From Gigantopelta aegis (taxonomy: Eukaryota), in assembly GCF_016097555.1 (NCBI RefSeq), contig NC_054701.1, positions 67,288,366 to 67,352,365 on the forward strand: a stretch of 64,000 nucleotides of DNA, written 5' to 3'. Both the position numbers and the translations under genes were made by a program. Under the pieces are notes generated by a model. It was not told the origin of the DNA. It saw only the letters and a list, made by a program, of their open reading frames with translations, and searched no databases. This document shows positions 50,362 through 62,822 of the stretch, one piece after another; positions within the stretch are counted from its first letter, which is position 1; every line of letters begins with the position of its first letter.

Positions 50362-50645
50362 GGAGATCGATCCCCATTGGTGGGCCCATTCGGCTATTTC
50401 TTGTTCCAGCCAGTGCACCATGACTGGTATATTAAAGGCTGTGGTGTGTACTACCCTGTCTGTGGGATGGTGCATATAAAAGATCCCTTGCTGCTAATCG
50501 AAAAGAGTAGCCCATGAAGTGGCGACTGCGGGTTTCCTCTCTCAATATCTGTGTGGTCCTTAACCATATGTCTGACACCATATAACTGTAAATACAATGT
50601 GTTGAGTGTGTCGTAAATAAAACATTTCTTTCTTTCTTTCTTTTT
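50362..50645 (+). mobile_element. SINE (5'-truncated, tail B). Its CT-rich 3' end abuts the T-run and AG acceptor of ASL exon 13.
   Basis: ...AAATAAAACATTTCTTTCTTTCTTTC tttttttttccAG|GAAGAC. Confidence 0.8.
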
Positions 50646-50653
50646 TTTTCCAG

Positions 50654-50737
50654 GAAGACAAAGAAGCCATGTTTGATACATTTGACACATTGTCAGGAAT
50701 TCTTCAAGTTGCTACAGGAGTTCTCTCTACGCTAAAG
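50654..50737 (+). CDS. ASL: ASL exon: [28 protein letters not shown]
   Basis: Aligns to [28 protein letters not shown]. Acceptor tttttttttccAG at 50652-53, directly abutting a SINE tail. Donor GTaaca at 50738. Confidence 0.9.
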
Positions 50738-50834
50738 GTAACACTAATTTGAAAACCATTCTGTTATAATCGATAATAAGATTATTATCATTTGACTTCT
50801 AGCATAGTAGATCTAAATATTGTCCTGATCGGAC

Positions 50835-51062
50835 AAATTCTCGTTCTAGCCAGTGCACCTTGACTGGTACATCGAAGGCTGTGGTATGTGCTGTCCTGTG
50901 TGGGATGGTGCATATAAAAGATCCCTGGCTACTAATGGACAAATGTAGCGGGTTTCCACTCTAAAACTATATGTCAAAATTACCAAATTAGTTAACATCC
51001 AATAGCCAATAATTAATAAATCAATGTGTTTTAGTGGTGTCATTAAACAAAACAAACTAACG
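50835..51062 (+). mobile_element. SINE family A, 5'-truncated (ASL intron 13)
   Basis: Core and tail A. Confidence 0.75.
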
Positions 51063-51223
51063 TTTTTGATCTGACAAAATGAAGAACCATTGAAGAGGGA
51101 AGTTATTTCACAACTGACACCTCAAACAGATGATTTCATGAGAAATATGTTTGTGTTGACGCCAGCATAGAAACGAGATATTAAAATTCTGTATCATTTT
51201 ACTTTTTGTTTTGTTTAATTTAG

Positions 51224-51304
51224 ATCAATCGAGAGTCGATGAAAGCAGCACTGAGCCCTGACATGTTGGCCACCGACATCGCATACTATCTGGTTAGGAA
51301 GGGG
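51224..51304 (+). CDS. ASL: ASL exon: [27 protein letters not shown]
   Basis: [18 protein letters not shown] is near-identical to ASL. Acceptor aatttAG at 51222-23. Donor GTgagt at 51305. Confidence 0.9.
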
Positions 51305-51996
51305 GTGAGTGCAGTAGTAACTTGACACTTTGGTATATATAGAAAATAGTACACGAGTGGTCATTAGATACCATTTATCTTACGAGTTGTTTCAAAATAT
51401 GCCAGTGACAGATCTAAGGGGTCCAACCCCCCTAAATTTTATAAACAGATATATATGTATATATATGTGAAGAGTTTCATTGCAAAAACACGATAAATGC
51501 GATGTTAAGAACCATTGTGCAAACACCACTCGGACACAGTTCACATGCAGACAAACACAAGTTCAAATTCAGTTTTCAGCAAAACGTGATATGATTGGCT
51601 GAGTATATATGGCAGATTGCAGAGAAACTGACGTAGTGTTTATGTTGGTTTGGAATAAAACGTGTTTAGGATTGGGTGTGTATAGTGGCGTTTATCGCTT
51701 TTTGCGATGAAACTTTTCGGATCATTTTTTACATTTGAGAATCCAAGGAATCACTTTGGGAATGTTTGTGGCCTTCAGCCACATGTCATTGTGATTTACT
51801 GGATCTGCCACTGTATACTGTAGATCCTGAAATTAATGCGTCCCTAAATTAATGCGAGTGATGGTGGGCAGACTAAAATGTGACATGAAATTAATGTGAG
51901 TGGCCTCCCTTTAAAATATTACTTTCCTATAAACACGTCTGTGTACCTTTTGGTTAAATCCGAGTTACAGGTCTCTTCATTGAGATCAACTCACTA

Positions 51997-52210
51997 AGGG
52001 GCCGTCCATAATTTTCAACATTTTTGCAAGTGTACAAAGAGTACACTTTTAACCACCCCCCTCCCCCCCCTTAAAAGTGTACATCCCCAAATTAAAAATG
52101 GTGATCGACATTTTTCATTTTCAAAAAAAGTGTATGCTGGCCCTTTAACCCCCTCCCCCACACATACGGTTTGTACGCTTGTAAAAATGTTGAAAATTAT
52201 GGATGGCCCC
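51997..52210. mobile_element. MITE of about 215 bp with 35-bp TIRs (GGGGCCATCCATAATTTTCAACATTTTTACAAG), in ASL intron 14
   Basis: The ends are reverse complements. C-rich centre. Confidence 0.65.
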
Positions 52211-53430
52211 TAACATGTCTGTGTACATGTCAGTTAACCTGTCTAGTCCCAAGTGTGTTTGGTGAGATCAACTCACTGCATATTTTTGCAGCATTCATTT
52301 ACGTAACGTGTATGGTTACCTAAATCTGGTTAAACATTAGCATATATGTACCATTACAACTATCTTCCAAAGAATGTAGACATATTTCAAAAGTCATAAT
52401 GAAAGAACAATTCACCCTGTGGTATGCTGACTAAGTTGCACTGAACTTGAACAGTGAAATCTAAGAAATGGTCAACCTCAGGTTTAGTGTGCTAAAACCC
52501 ATTCACGCGCGATGTATCATTTCGGCTTTTGACAGGATGGCCAAAGACCTTGCAATCGTCACACATGGCTGGCAGCTTGCTGGATTAGTGGACAATTAGT
52601 GTGTCTCGTCTGGTGAATTGTGCTCCATTTGTTTTATGAATGTATTTGAATTTTAATCTGTGTTTGTTTTTAAAGAGTGTGACACATAGCTTGCTGGACT
52701 ATTCGACAATTAAGCCCTAGTCAGACTTGCCTACAATGAATTGTTTTCCAGTTGTGTTATATGTTAGAACGTGGGACACATAAACAAAACAGAAATAAAT
52801 GCGTCACATTACTAATACAAATAACACAAGCTCACATTTTTGGCATTAATATTATGATCGCATTAATTTCAGGATCTACAGTATTTAATGAGCGAAAGCA
52901 AGTTCTATACATTTTTAAACAAGTTGTATGGTATCTAAGGGGCACGTGTAGTATTCTATTTCTTACATATCCTCATAAACCAGGTTAAAGTACAAATTTA
53001 ATGTCTTTTGTAACTAAAACGTATTGACAAAGCTTGTGCTTGCAGTTAACTTTGTGGCGAAGAGCAATTGGTTTCAGGTTAACTTATATGTCAAACGAGC
53101 GAACAATTTCAGTAGTGCTTATTTCAGTGGATGGTATGGCATTGCCATCTACATGTAGGTCATCATGAAATAGCCAATGAGATGTCTTGAAATTATTATC
53201 ACATGTACACTCACACAACAGGTGTGTACGAAAATTGAATTATGGCCATGAAGTCATAACCAAGAAAACAATTATTTAGTTATTTTTTAACTATTTAAAA
53301 TGTTTGCAAAATACACTTTAAATAGCATATACATTGTAGTAACCAGTGTTAGCTGAAGAAGAATGTAAACAGTTAGTTAATCTGTGTGATTGTGCCTTTA
53401 AATAAATGTTTCTTTTTCTGCATGTTACAG

Positions 53431-53537
53431 ATACCTTTCCGAGATGCCCACGGGCTGGCAGGAAACTGTGTAGCTTTGGCAGAAAAGAAAAACTGCAGTC
53501 TGTCGGAGTTATCTGTGGCTGATCTCAAAACTGTTAA
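53431..53537 (+). CDS. ASL: ASL exon: IPFRDAHGLAGNCVALAEKKNCSLSELSVADLKTV
   Basis: Aligns to [35 protein letters not shown]. Acceptor tgttacAG at 53429-30. Donor GTAAGT at 53538. Ends in phase 2. Confidence 0.88.
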
Positions 53538-54304
53538 GTAAGTGCTGTCCTGGGTTTAACACAGACTTTTAATATCTTGACATGGATTTTAAGCAATTTG
53601 ACAATAGATTGGGTGATATGATGCAAATATTGTTAGGATGTCTTAGGGAATTCAAATAAACTGACATGGACTTTAAACAACTTGATAACAGAGCAGATTA
53701 AGTAAGTAGTATCCAGGTTTTCACATTAGACTTTGATTAATTTGAAAATAATACACCCAAACATTCACTGGAACAAACATTCACCCACTTGTATGTAGGG
53801 CCTGTGCATGCACACAGATGGGTGTGATCCCCATTTAAAAAACCCCAACCTAAAATGATTAACATTTCAGATCAAATTCAGTCTACTTTGTAAAGATGCT
53901 TTTGCCAATCTTTAAAAAGCTAAAATCAGAACTAGAGACCTGAAAAAATGACATCCCTGAAACACACATTTGACAAATAATGTCTTTCACTGATGATTTT
54001 ATCTCTGTCATTCACTTTCACACTGAGATTTGTTCACATACTCATCAGTGGTGGATCCAGAAAATCCATTTGGGGGGGGGGGGGGGGGGACCACAATGAC
54101 ATGAGGCGGAATGCCAATGGAACTTTGGGGGCAGTTTGGAAGGGAATGTAAAAAATGTTTAAATTAATATATAATAAAATTATAACTGTCGCAAAATTTA
54201 GAGGGGGCCCAGGCCCCTGGGGTCCCCCTCCTGGATCTGCCTCTGCACATGCAAAAATCACACGTTGTGATGCAACAGTAATTTGATCTGTTATTTGTTT
54301 TCAG

Positions 54305-54452
54305 CCCCCTGTTTGAGGAGGATGTTCAGAAGCTGTGGCACTATGAGAACTCTGTAGATCAGTACAGCGCACAGGGTGGAACATCCAAGAAAAGTGTACA
54401 GGAACAAATACACATTCTGGAGAAATGGCTGGAAGACGTTAAAAAACATTAA
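54305..54452 (+). CDS. ASL: ASL terminal exon: (N)PLFEEDVQKLWHYENSVDQYSAQGGTSKKSVQEQIHILEKWLEDVKKH*
   Basis: Aligns to [39 protein letters not shown]. Acceptor ttttcAG at 54303-04. TAA stop at 54450-52. Confidence 0.88.
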
Positions 54453-56327
54453 CAGCATATACGCTTCATTCAGCAGACATATTTGTGCCATTTCGCTTCT
54501 GTTTTTTATTAATTTGTTTTTGCTGACAACATGGAATGTTGACAATGTGTATTTTTATTTGTTCCCATTTAAAATATCGTACTAGATGTGTCTATTGTTA
54601 TTCAGATTTGGGAAGTTTTTATAAATTTGGGCAAAAATCAGCCTGTCCAGCCCTACTAAAATGGCAGCTTTTGCTTTTTTATGTCCCAGATGGTATCAAA
54701 AATGTGGCTTGACAAAAGATATTGAGAATACTTCACGAATGGCCGTTAAGATACCATTTATCGTACAGTGATTTGTTTCAGAAGTTATTTAACGAGTAAA
54801 ACTAAGTTGGATTAGTTTTTAAACAATGAGTTGTAAGATATATGGACGTGAGCGAAATACATGGATTCCATTTCATACATATCCTCAAAGACCAGGCTTA
54901 AATTAAATTTATATGTCTGTTCAAACTCAAACCTCTGCATCCCAGAGCAATCAGCTTCAGGTTAACTTACATGTCATAAATCAATCAATTTTATTCTTGC
55001 TTATTTCATTGGATGATATGGGTTTGGTGTTCAGGTCATCACATTTTAATTTTTTGGTGTGGGTGGCAGGTGCATGTGCAGTGGGAGAGTTTGGGGGTCA
55101 AACCTCCTCGATCTGCTCAAACAAATTTCTTTTCTTTTTTTCAATATATTTTCTGGGGGAGCACAACTTGACCCCTTATAAACTTTGGTGGTCACAGTCA
55201 AGACCCCCTGGCAAAATTCCTGCACATACACCTGAGTGGCATAGTAAGGAAAGTTTTTTTTATAAACAGTTTATTAGCAACAGTGCTGATCAATATGATA
55301 ATTGAGACACAATTACTATTTAATGTTTTATATTTGTGTAGTGATCTCCGACATTTGCTGAGCAAATTGCTGTGCGACACTGAATCTCATGTTCCCTGGA
55401 TGGGGCAGCTACACTGTAATGTATTTAGAAGAGTGTTTCGATAAAAGAACATTGAGTTTTAAAGATTTGAAATCCTTCTTGAACTAGGCGAAGGGTGTCC
55501 ACTTCTCCACTGAATCTCATGTTAGGTTTTTATGTTCCTATACTATAAAATGAATGTGTTTTTTTTTAAAATTACACACCAGCACATTTTAAACTAGGGC
55601 TGGTGGATGACTTCAAATATGACATTAACAGGGGACAATATTTCAAAATCTTAGGTAGGGCCTAACCAGAAGTCGGTTCTCCTAACCGATGAGTTGGACC
55701 TACCTAATCCTAAAACACTTTAACTACGGTTCTGTGCTACATTGGTGGTTCAAGCACATAAACTAATTTTCACTTCCATTAATGATATATGGTACTTTTA
55801 ATTTTAGAATGTAATTGTTCAGCACATAACTGATTGGCGGTTTTCATGATTTTAAAGTTGCGTAACTGACACGCAAATAGAATGGTTCTCATGAAGTATT
55901 GTGCCCTGCATTAACACATGTCTAAGATATGACATTAACACGTCTAAGATATGACATTAACACGTCTTTGATATGACATCAACAATACATTACTTTTAAT
56001 ACCTTAAAAATAAAGTATTGTATTATTAAGGTCACTATTTTGATATTTTTACTTGTATTTGTTATCTGTCTTAACACTGACAGTGACATATCTCAACATA
56101 CATGTATGTCATTTGTAAGCTCACTGCCATTTTTTTTTATATGCATTATCCTACATTCAGAATAGCACATTGCATGTTGAAAATTGAGTGGAACATAAAA
56201 ATGTCAAATGTGTTTATTCACTAAATGTTATACGCAAACTCATAATGGTAAAGGGTCATGTGCAAATATAAAACAGGATTCTTACGCATACAGGAATGTC
56301 CTTGAATTTTGTGATTTTAAAATCCAG

Positions 56328-56433
56328 GGCCCCATTCCACGAAGCAATCTTAGCCCTAAGATTACCTTAGGCGCATAGCTACCCAATGCACCGAAGTTGA
56401 TCTTAGGGCTAAGATCGCTTCGTGGAATGGGAC
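56328..56433. repeat. Paralogous palindrome of about 105 bp (same family as 37347-37447)
   Basis: GGGCCCCATTCCACGAAGCAATCTTAGCCCTAAGAT...ATCTTAGGGCTAAGATCGCTTCGTGGAATGGGACCC. Confidence 0.7.
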
Positions 56434-57134
56434 CCAGGCCTGGAATGTTCTGGAAAATGCATTAAATTTTTATTGTGTCCAGGAAATGTACTGGAAATTT
56501 AGTCCAAAAATTTGGTGGTTTATTATTTTTGGCATCTTTACTTTTGTTGTTCTCATAACCTGTCTAAATTCAGACAACAATTTGTTATAAAAACATTGAT
56601 TGATTGAACATTTCATGTCCTGAAATTTTTTTTCAAATGTCCTGGAAATGTTCTTGAATTTTATGCTTTTTTCAAGTGTAAGAACCCTGTAAAAATTTAG
56701 TTATTCAAAAAGTAAGACTTGGTGCACTATGTGATTGTTGTTGTTTTGAAAATTAATTTCAATTATATTTTAAACAATGTGTGCAGGATCTATACATTTA
56801 TATATACTAAGTATTTGAATAATTTAATTTTTTCAATCACATGAAAGATTTATTGACTTTTCCTTAACTACTGCAAGCAGTGTCTTATATAGATACCGTA
56901 TTCAACTCCACTAAAAATACACCACCCATCCACCCATATTTTCAGTTATTGCATCGTACATGTGGGGTTGCTATAAAGCATACAATAACCCTCACCTTTG
57001 TATTAAAATGTTGTGTTATTTATTACCTACAAGAATACATCCGGTTATGAAAAATCAGTCAATTGTATTATTAATTCTTCTGTTATTATTATTAGACTTT
57101 ACACATCTGACCGATGTGTTTTCATTGAAGTTCG

Positions 57135-57461
57135 GGGGCGAGACGTAGCCCAGTGGTAAAACGCTTGCTTGATGCACTGTCGGTTTGGGATCAATCCACG
57201 TCAGTGGGCCCATTGGGCTATTTCTCGCTCCAGCCAGTGCACCACGACTGGTTCACCAAAGGCCGTGGTATGTGCTATCCTGTCTATGGGATGGTGCATA
57301 TAAAAGATCTCTTGCTGCTAATCGAAAAGAGTAGCCCATGAAGTGGCGATAGAGGGTTTCCTCCCTCAATATCTGTGTAGTCCTTAACCATATGTCCGAC
57401 GCCATGTAACCATAAATAAAATGTGTTGAGTGCGTTGTTAAATAAACCATTTCCTTCCTTC
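57135..57461 (+). mobile_element. SINE (tail B), full length, with an 11-bp TSD CATTGAAGTTC
   Basis: Flanks are ttCATTGAAGTTCggggg at 57121 and ccttCATTGAAGTTCagt at 57458. Confidence 0.85.
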
Positions 57462-57667
57462 ATTGAAGTTCAGTATATGCAGCTAGTTAATGAAAGTATG
57501 AACTAAACAGTATGGCACACACTCTACATGTCCGCATAGAAGTTCATTACAAGCATAAAAAATTACAGTGAGCTTCATTGAAAAAGTACCTGTCAGATTA
57601 TATAATATGTAGTTGTAAAATGAATATCAGAAGAAACTGTGTTACTTCTATCTGATTCAGAATAATT

Positions 57668-57985
57668 TGAAGGAAGGAAATGTTTTATTTGACAATGCAC
57701 TCATTTTATTTACGGTTTTATGGCATCAGACATACGGTTACGGATCAAGCAGATATCGAGAGAGGAAACCTGCTGTCACCATTTCATGAGCTACTCTTTT
57801 CGATTAGCAGCAAGGGATCTTTTATATGCACCATCCCACAGACAGGACAGTACATACCATGGCCTTTGTTACACCAGTTGTGGAGCACTGGCTGGAACAA
57901 AAAATAGCCAAATGGGTCCACCGATGGGGATCGATCCTAGACTGACCGTGCATCAAGCGAACCCTTTACCACTGGGCTACATCCC
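57668..57985 (-). mobile_element. SINE (tail B)
   Basis: Full-length reverse copy. Confidence 0.8.
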
Positions 57986-60389
57986 ACCCATCAGAATAAC
58001 TGGATGCATTCTAGTAGGCAATAAATAACCCCCAAATTGTATATACAAAGGTCAAGGGTCACTGTGTTTTTAATAGCAACTTTACACATGTGATAGCAGT
58101 ACAGGGTTCGTAGCGGTCTTTAAATTCCTTGCAAGTCTTTGAATTTGAAAAAATTATTTTTAGGTCTTTGAATTGTAATAAAGTCAAAGCAATGATGCTA
58201 TCTTTTACAGCTGAATGTACTTAATATTTTCCAGTTACAAGGTTTAATCAGTTATGATGCATGTAAAAAAAAAAAAAGTTAAATTTTTTGCCATGGACAG
58301 CAATGTAAACGTCTTTGAAAGTCTTTAAATTTGTTTGGTTTTTAAGGCAGTAACAACTGGAAATTAGGTGGTGTGTTTTCATTTGAGTTCAGTATAGGCC
58401 TACTTGTTCATTTTTATGAAGTTAAAGGTACATTCTCAAAGTTGCAAATGTCACATTTTGCTGTTTTACTTGTATTTATGATAAATTACTAAAAATTAAT
58501 TGATCCCACTTAATAATCTTTTGAGAATACCAAAGTCACTCAGCATAAACAGTGGGGTTGTTTTTTTGACAGTACATAAAAACAATTCAGCATTAATTCA
58601 TCAAAATAGCAGCCAGTTCTTTGTCAATATGGAGATGCAGTTTAAATTTTCAAACTGTGATGTCACGTTAACCTGTCAGTCACGGTTGTCGGAATATGCA
58701 ATAATATAAATTTATAAAATAGTATGGTTACCGTAGTAAATTAAATCATTTGGTTGTAATTTTTCAGTGACCATGCAATTCTAGGTATAATCCTTCCAAT
58801 TCATAAAAAATTAATAAATATTTTTGGTCATTAAAAAACTTTGAGACTGCCCCTTTAATTGCATAGGTTATTTGAATCCAAGAATGTTTCATTATATTAT
58901 TGCCTGCTTCTGTTCGAATTTTACGCTTGAATGCTTATTTTCATAATCACTGTATCAACTATCAAAATGCTATTAAACATTTATTGTGAATCAAAAGTAG
59001 TTTTATAATACTTACTTAGTTGTTTAGTAGTGTGGTGTGTTTTCATCATGGTGATTTTAGAGTTAATGTAATTCTGCTTTACACAATATGAATGGATGAA
59101 ACGTACTCCTGCCTCGTAGATACTCCTTGACATTAATAGTCAAGGGGGTCCCACAGACAGGATAGCACATACCATAGCCTTTGAGCTTGATATAAACGTC
59201 ATACAGATCTAGTTGTGTTGGCATGTTTTGATCTAGTGACCCATCACACATGAGACGAACACACTGATCCCTCCCACACTAGGACTGCACATGTTACAGT
59301 TTTGCACACAAAATAAAATTATGTCATATACTGCATTCATATAAAAGAACCCCCACCCACCAAAAAAAAAGACAAACAATAAAACAAAGAAACCGATAAA
59401 AAAACCCAAACAAGATTATAAGTCCACATTGGTTTTATTGTGAACTACCGGTCTGGATATAACAAGACATGTTACATTTTGAGTAGGTGACAACACTTGA
59501 CAATAAATATAACACAAATTGTTCAGCAGTTAATATTTAAGGCAGTAAATATTAATCATTATATATATAATAAAAATGTATTTCCAGTTTGGTTAATACA
59601 GTAAAGTACCTGTCCTCCTATAACGAACCGAATGGGACCATGGCAGTTCGTTTGTTATAGCAGTAGTTCATTGTACACATTTGCATAAGTTTGTTATTAA
59701 TGTATAGGGAGATAAAACGGGACTTTACAATCTATGCAGTAGTTCGTTCTAAGCATGTTTGTTGTAGTGTACTTTACTGTACTTACTTCCCTATAAAGCG
59801 ACATTCCTGAGTTTGCTGCATTGTAAGATGTTTCTGACTAATAAAATATTTCTATAATTAAACTTACAAATTAAATTTATTTTCTTGTTTAGAATATCAA
59901 TGTCTGTATATTCAATGTGTTTCTGGTCGTCTAAATATTTGTAAGAAGCCCAAACTGGATTTTGTCTTCAAATAATTTTGTACAAACGAAAAAATTATAT
60001 TGAGGAAATAAAATGAAATTTAACCTTGTACAGATATTAGAACGATCAGAAACACGTTTAATATACAGCCACTAATATTTTATATGTAATTACAATATTT
60101 AAAAAGTCTCTGTTAGTTGATAACATCTTAAAAATTGAAGCAAACTCAGGAATGTCCCTTTAACACCAGCAAATACATAACAAGTTTACAAAATTAATAC
60201 ATGCAATGTAAAAAACGATGCACTAGTTTAATAAATAATATCAAGCATTGGTTCAGCTAGAACTCCAGAAATATTTGTCAGAAGAAAGATGGAGGGACTT
60301 TTTTATTTTTAGAAAAATTATATATACTAGTCCATTCAATTTAAAAGTATTAGTAATTAAAAATTTAGAAAATAAATATATAATGAAAT

Positions 60390-61375
60390 AATTTAAAACT
60401 TTGTAAATTTAAAATAAAATGTCCATCCCTCTCTTCTGAAGCAATCACGACTTTGCCAGATATCGTTTTGACTGTTTTGTGCAGATGTGATTTTGATAAA
60501 TAATAATAAAAATAATTAAATATAATAGTTTAAAACTTTGTAAATTAAAAACAAAATTCCATTCCTTTCCATCCCTCTCTTCTGAAGCAATCACGACTTT
60601 GCCAGATATCGTTTTGACTGTTTTGTGCAGATGTGATTTTGATAAATAATAATAAAATAATTAAATATAATAGTTTAAAACTTTGTAAATTAAAAACAAA
60701 ATTCCATTCCTTTCCATCCCTCTCTTCTGAAGCAATCACGACTTTGCCAGATATCGTTTTGACTGTTTTGTGCAGATGTGATTTTGATAAATAATAATAA
60801 AAATAATTAAATATAATAGTTTAAAACTTTGTAAATTAAAAACAAAATTCCATTCCTTTCCATCCCTCTCTTCTGAAGCAATCACGACTTTGCCAGATAT
60901 CGTTTTGACTGTTTTGTGCAGATGTGATTTTGATAAATAATAATAAAAATAATTAAATATAATAGTTTAAAACTTTGTAAATTAAAACAAAATTCCATTC
61001 CTTTCCATCCCTCTCTTCTGAAGCAATCACGACTTTGCCAGATATCGTTTTGACTGTTTTGTGCAGATGTGATTTTGATAAATAATAATAAAAATAATTA
61101 AATATAATAGTTTAAAACTTTGTAAATTAAAAACAAAATTCCATTCCTTTCCATCCCTCTCTTCTGAAGCAATCACGACTTTGCCAGATATCGTTTTGAC
61201 TGTTTTGTGCAGATGTGATTTTGATAAATAATAATAAAAATAATTAAATATAATAGTTTAAAACTTTGTAAATTAAAAACAAAATTCCATTCCTTTCCAT
61301 CCCTCTCTTCCAAAGCAATCACGACTGTGCCAAACATCCTTTCGACTCTGCCTTGTGCAGAGATGCAAATTTGTT
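60390..61375. repeat. Satellite-like tandem array, 145-146-bp unit, about 7 copies. Units are near-identical. The last copy is degenerate.
   Basis: Motif CCATCCCTCTCTTCTGAAGCAATCACGACTTTGCCAGATATCG recurs at 60423, 60569, 60714, 60860, 61005, 61151 and 61297. Confidence 0.9.
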
Positions 61376-62644
61376 CATGGAATATAGTTTTTTGTCATTC
61401 AGATTTAATCTTTACCCATCCTCGGATTCTTTCTTCTTCTCTTTAATGGATTCCTTCTTCTTCTCTTTAATGGATTCCTTCTTGCTTTTTTCTCTCTTCT
61501 CTTTTCCACTTGCAATCACCCACCAAACCATATTGATTTGCATGCTTTACCCACTCTGGTCTCCATATAACCGTAATTAAATGTGTTGAGTGCATCGTTA
61601 AATAAATCATTTCCTTCATTTCCTATCTCCCATCTCAAGTACTGGCATATTACATATATTACAAGCATAATCATTATAGCTAGCATATGATTGATTTTAT
61701 ACAGGGGGCTATATATACATGTATATCACACTTTAAAAACATTTTTGTAAAGAATTTAATGTATGTTAGCCACAACCCCTGCTGGTTAGGAATGTAGTGC
61801 ATTCTTTTACAACAAAAGCTCTTGGGTTATTAAGCAGTATAAAATATTCCTTGCTACTACAGCTTTTTAAAAAAACACACCCCAAAACCCCATTACATTA
61901 AGCCTAAAAAACACATTGCATATTTCTGGGAACCCAACCCTACCTAAAAAAAAAAGAACAAACTCCAATGTAAAAAAAAAAAAAAAAAAAAAAAGGAGGG
62001 AGGGGGCATGTATTTGTTTTATTTATTTATTTATTTATTTATTAATATGTTGGTGAAAAGAATACATAGTATTTTATTTGAATCCATATGGTTAAAAATA
62101 GTAAAAAAATTAAAAAGCTGACTAATATATTTTAACATGTTCCCAGAAACATATATATATTTTTTATGCTCATTCAGTATAAAGACCATAGAGTTCCATT
62201 AAATTACTCATCCTGATGTTTGAAGTAGTGGCAAGTGTGTTTGATATGAAACGAAAACTTGGGTCTGCAGCTTTAATAAACTATAATCACTCAACACGCA
62301 TGGCTTAATATCTATCTGCTGGATATGTATTTTAGAAATCACAATGTAAACCTATAAACACAGACAAAATATACATGAGGTACATAGTTCAATATACTAT
62401 GTGTGTACTCCATAAAAATATAAGTCTTAATGCATATAAAACATAACAAAACAAGATACATGTACTTATTTAAGTGACTAAAGTCTTAACCAAAATGAAA
62501 CACCTAACTATTTTTTGCTTAATCAGCTTTAACTAAAAAGTATTTTAAAATATATCAACAGTATCTAACCTTTGAACTAACAATGGATCAAAACTGAACA
62601 TTCATGTCTATAATAAATATTATACATTCAAAGTACATACACAT

Positions 62645-62822
62645 ACAGTGAAACCTCTCAAGACCGGACTCTTTGTAAACCGGTATTCCCTCAAAACCGG
62701 ACGTTTTACAGAGTCCCTTTTTAAAAACCAGGACAGAACTTAACTTCTCTAAATCAGATCCCTCTTAAAACTGGACATATGTCTTGGGCCCAAGGGTGTC
62801 CGGTTTAGAGGGGTTTCACTGT
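62645..62822. mobile_element. Intact copy of the same about 180-bp MITE family
   Basis: CAGTGAAACCTCTCAAGACCGGA ... CCGGTTTAGAGGGGTTTCACTG. Confidence 0.8.

Noticed and set aside
54452-54700. Polyadenylation signal for ASL
   Set aside because: No canonical AATAAA within about 150 nt of the stop. Only AT-rich variants (ATTAAT, TTTATAAA) are present, so the site is left uncalled.
60390-61375. Regular 146-bp repeat array considered as a CRISPR-like array
   Set aside because: Units are contiguous and near-identical with no unique spacers. The DNA is eukaryotic (spliced genes, SINEs). It is a satellite or minisatellite.
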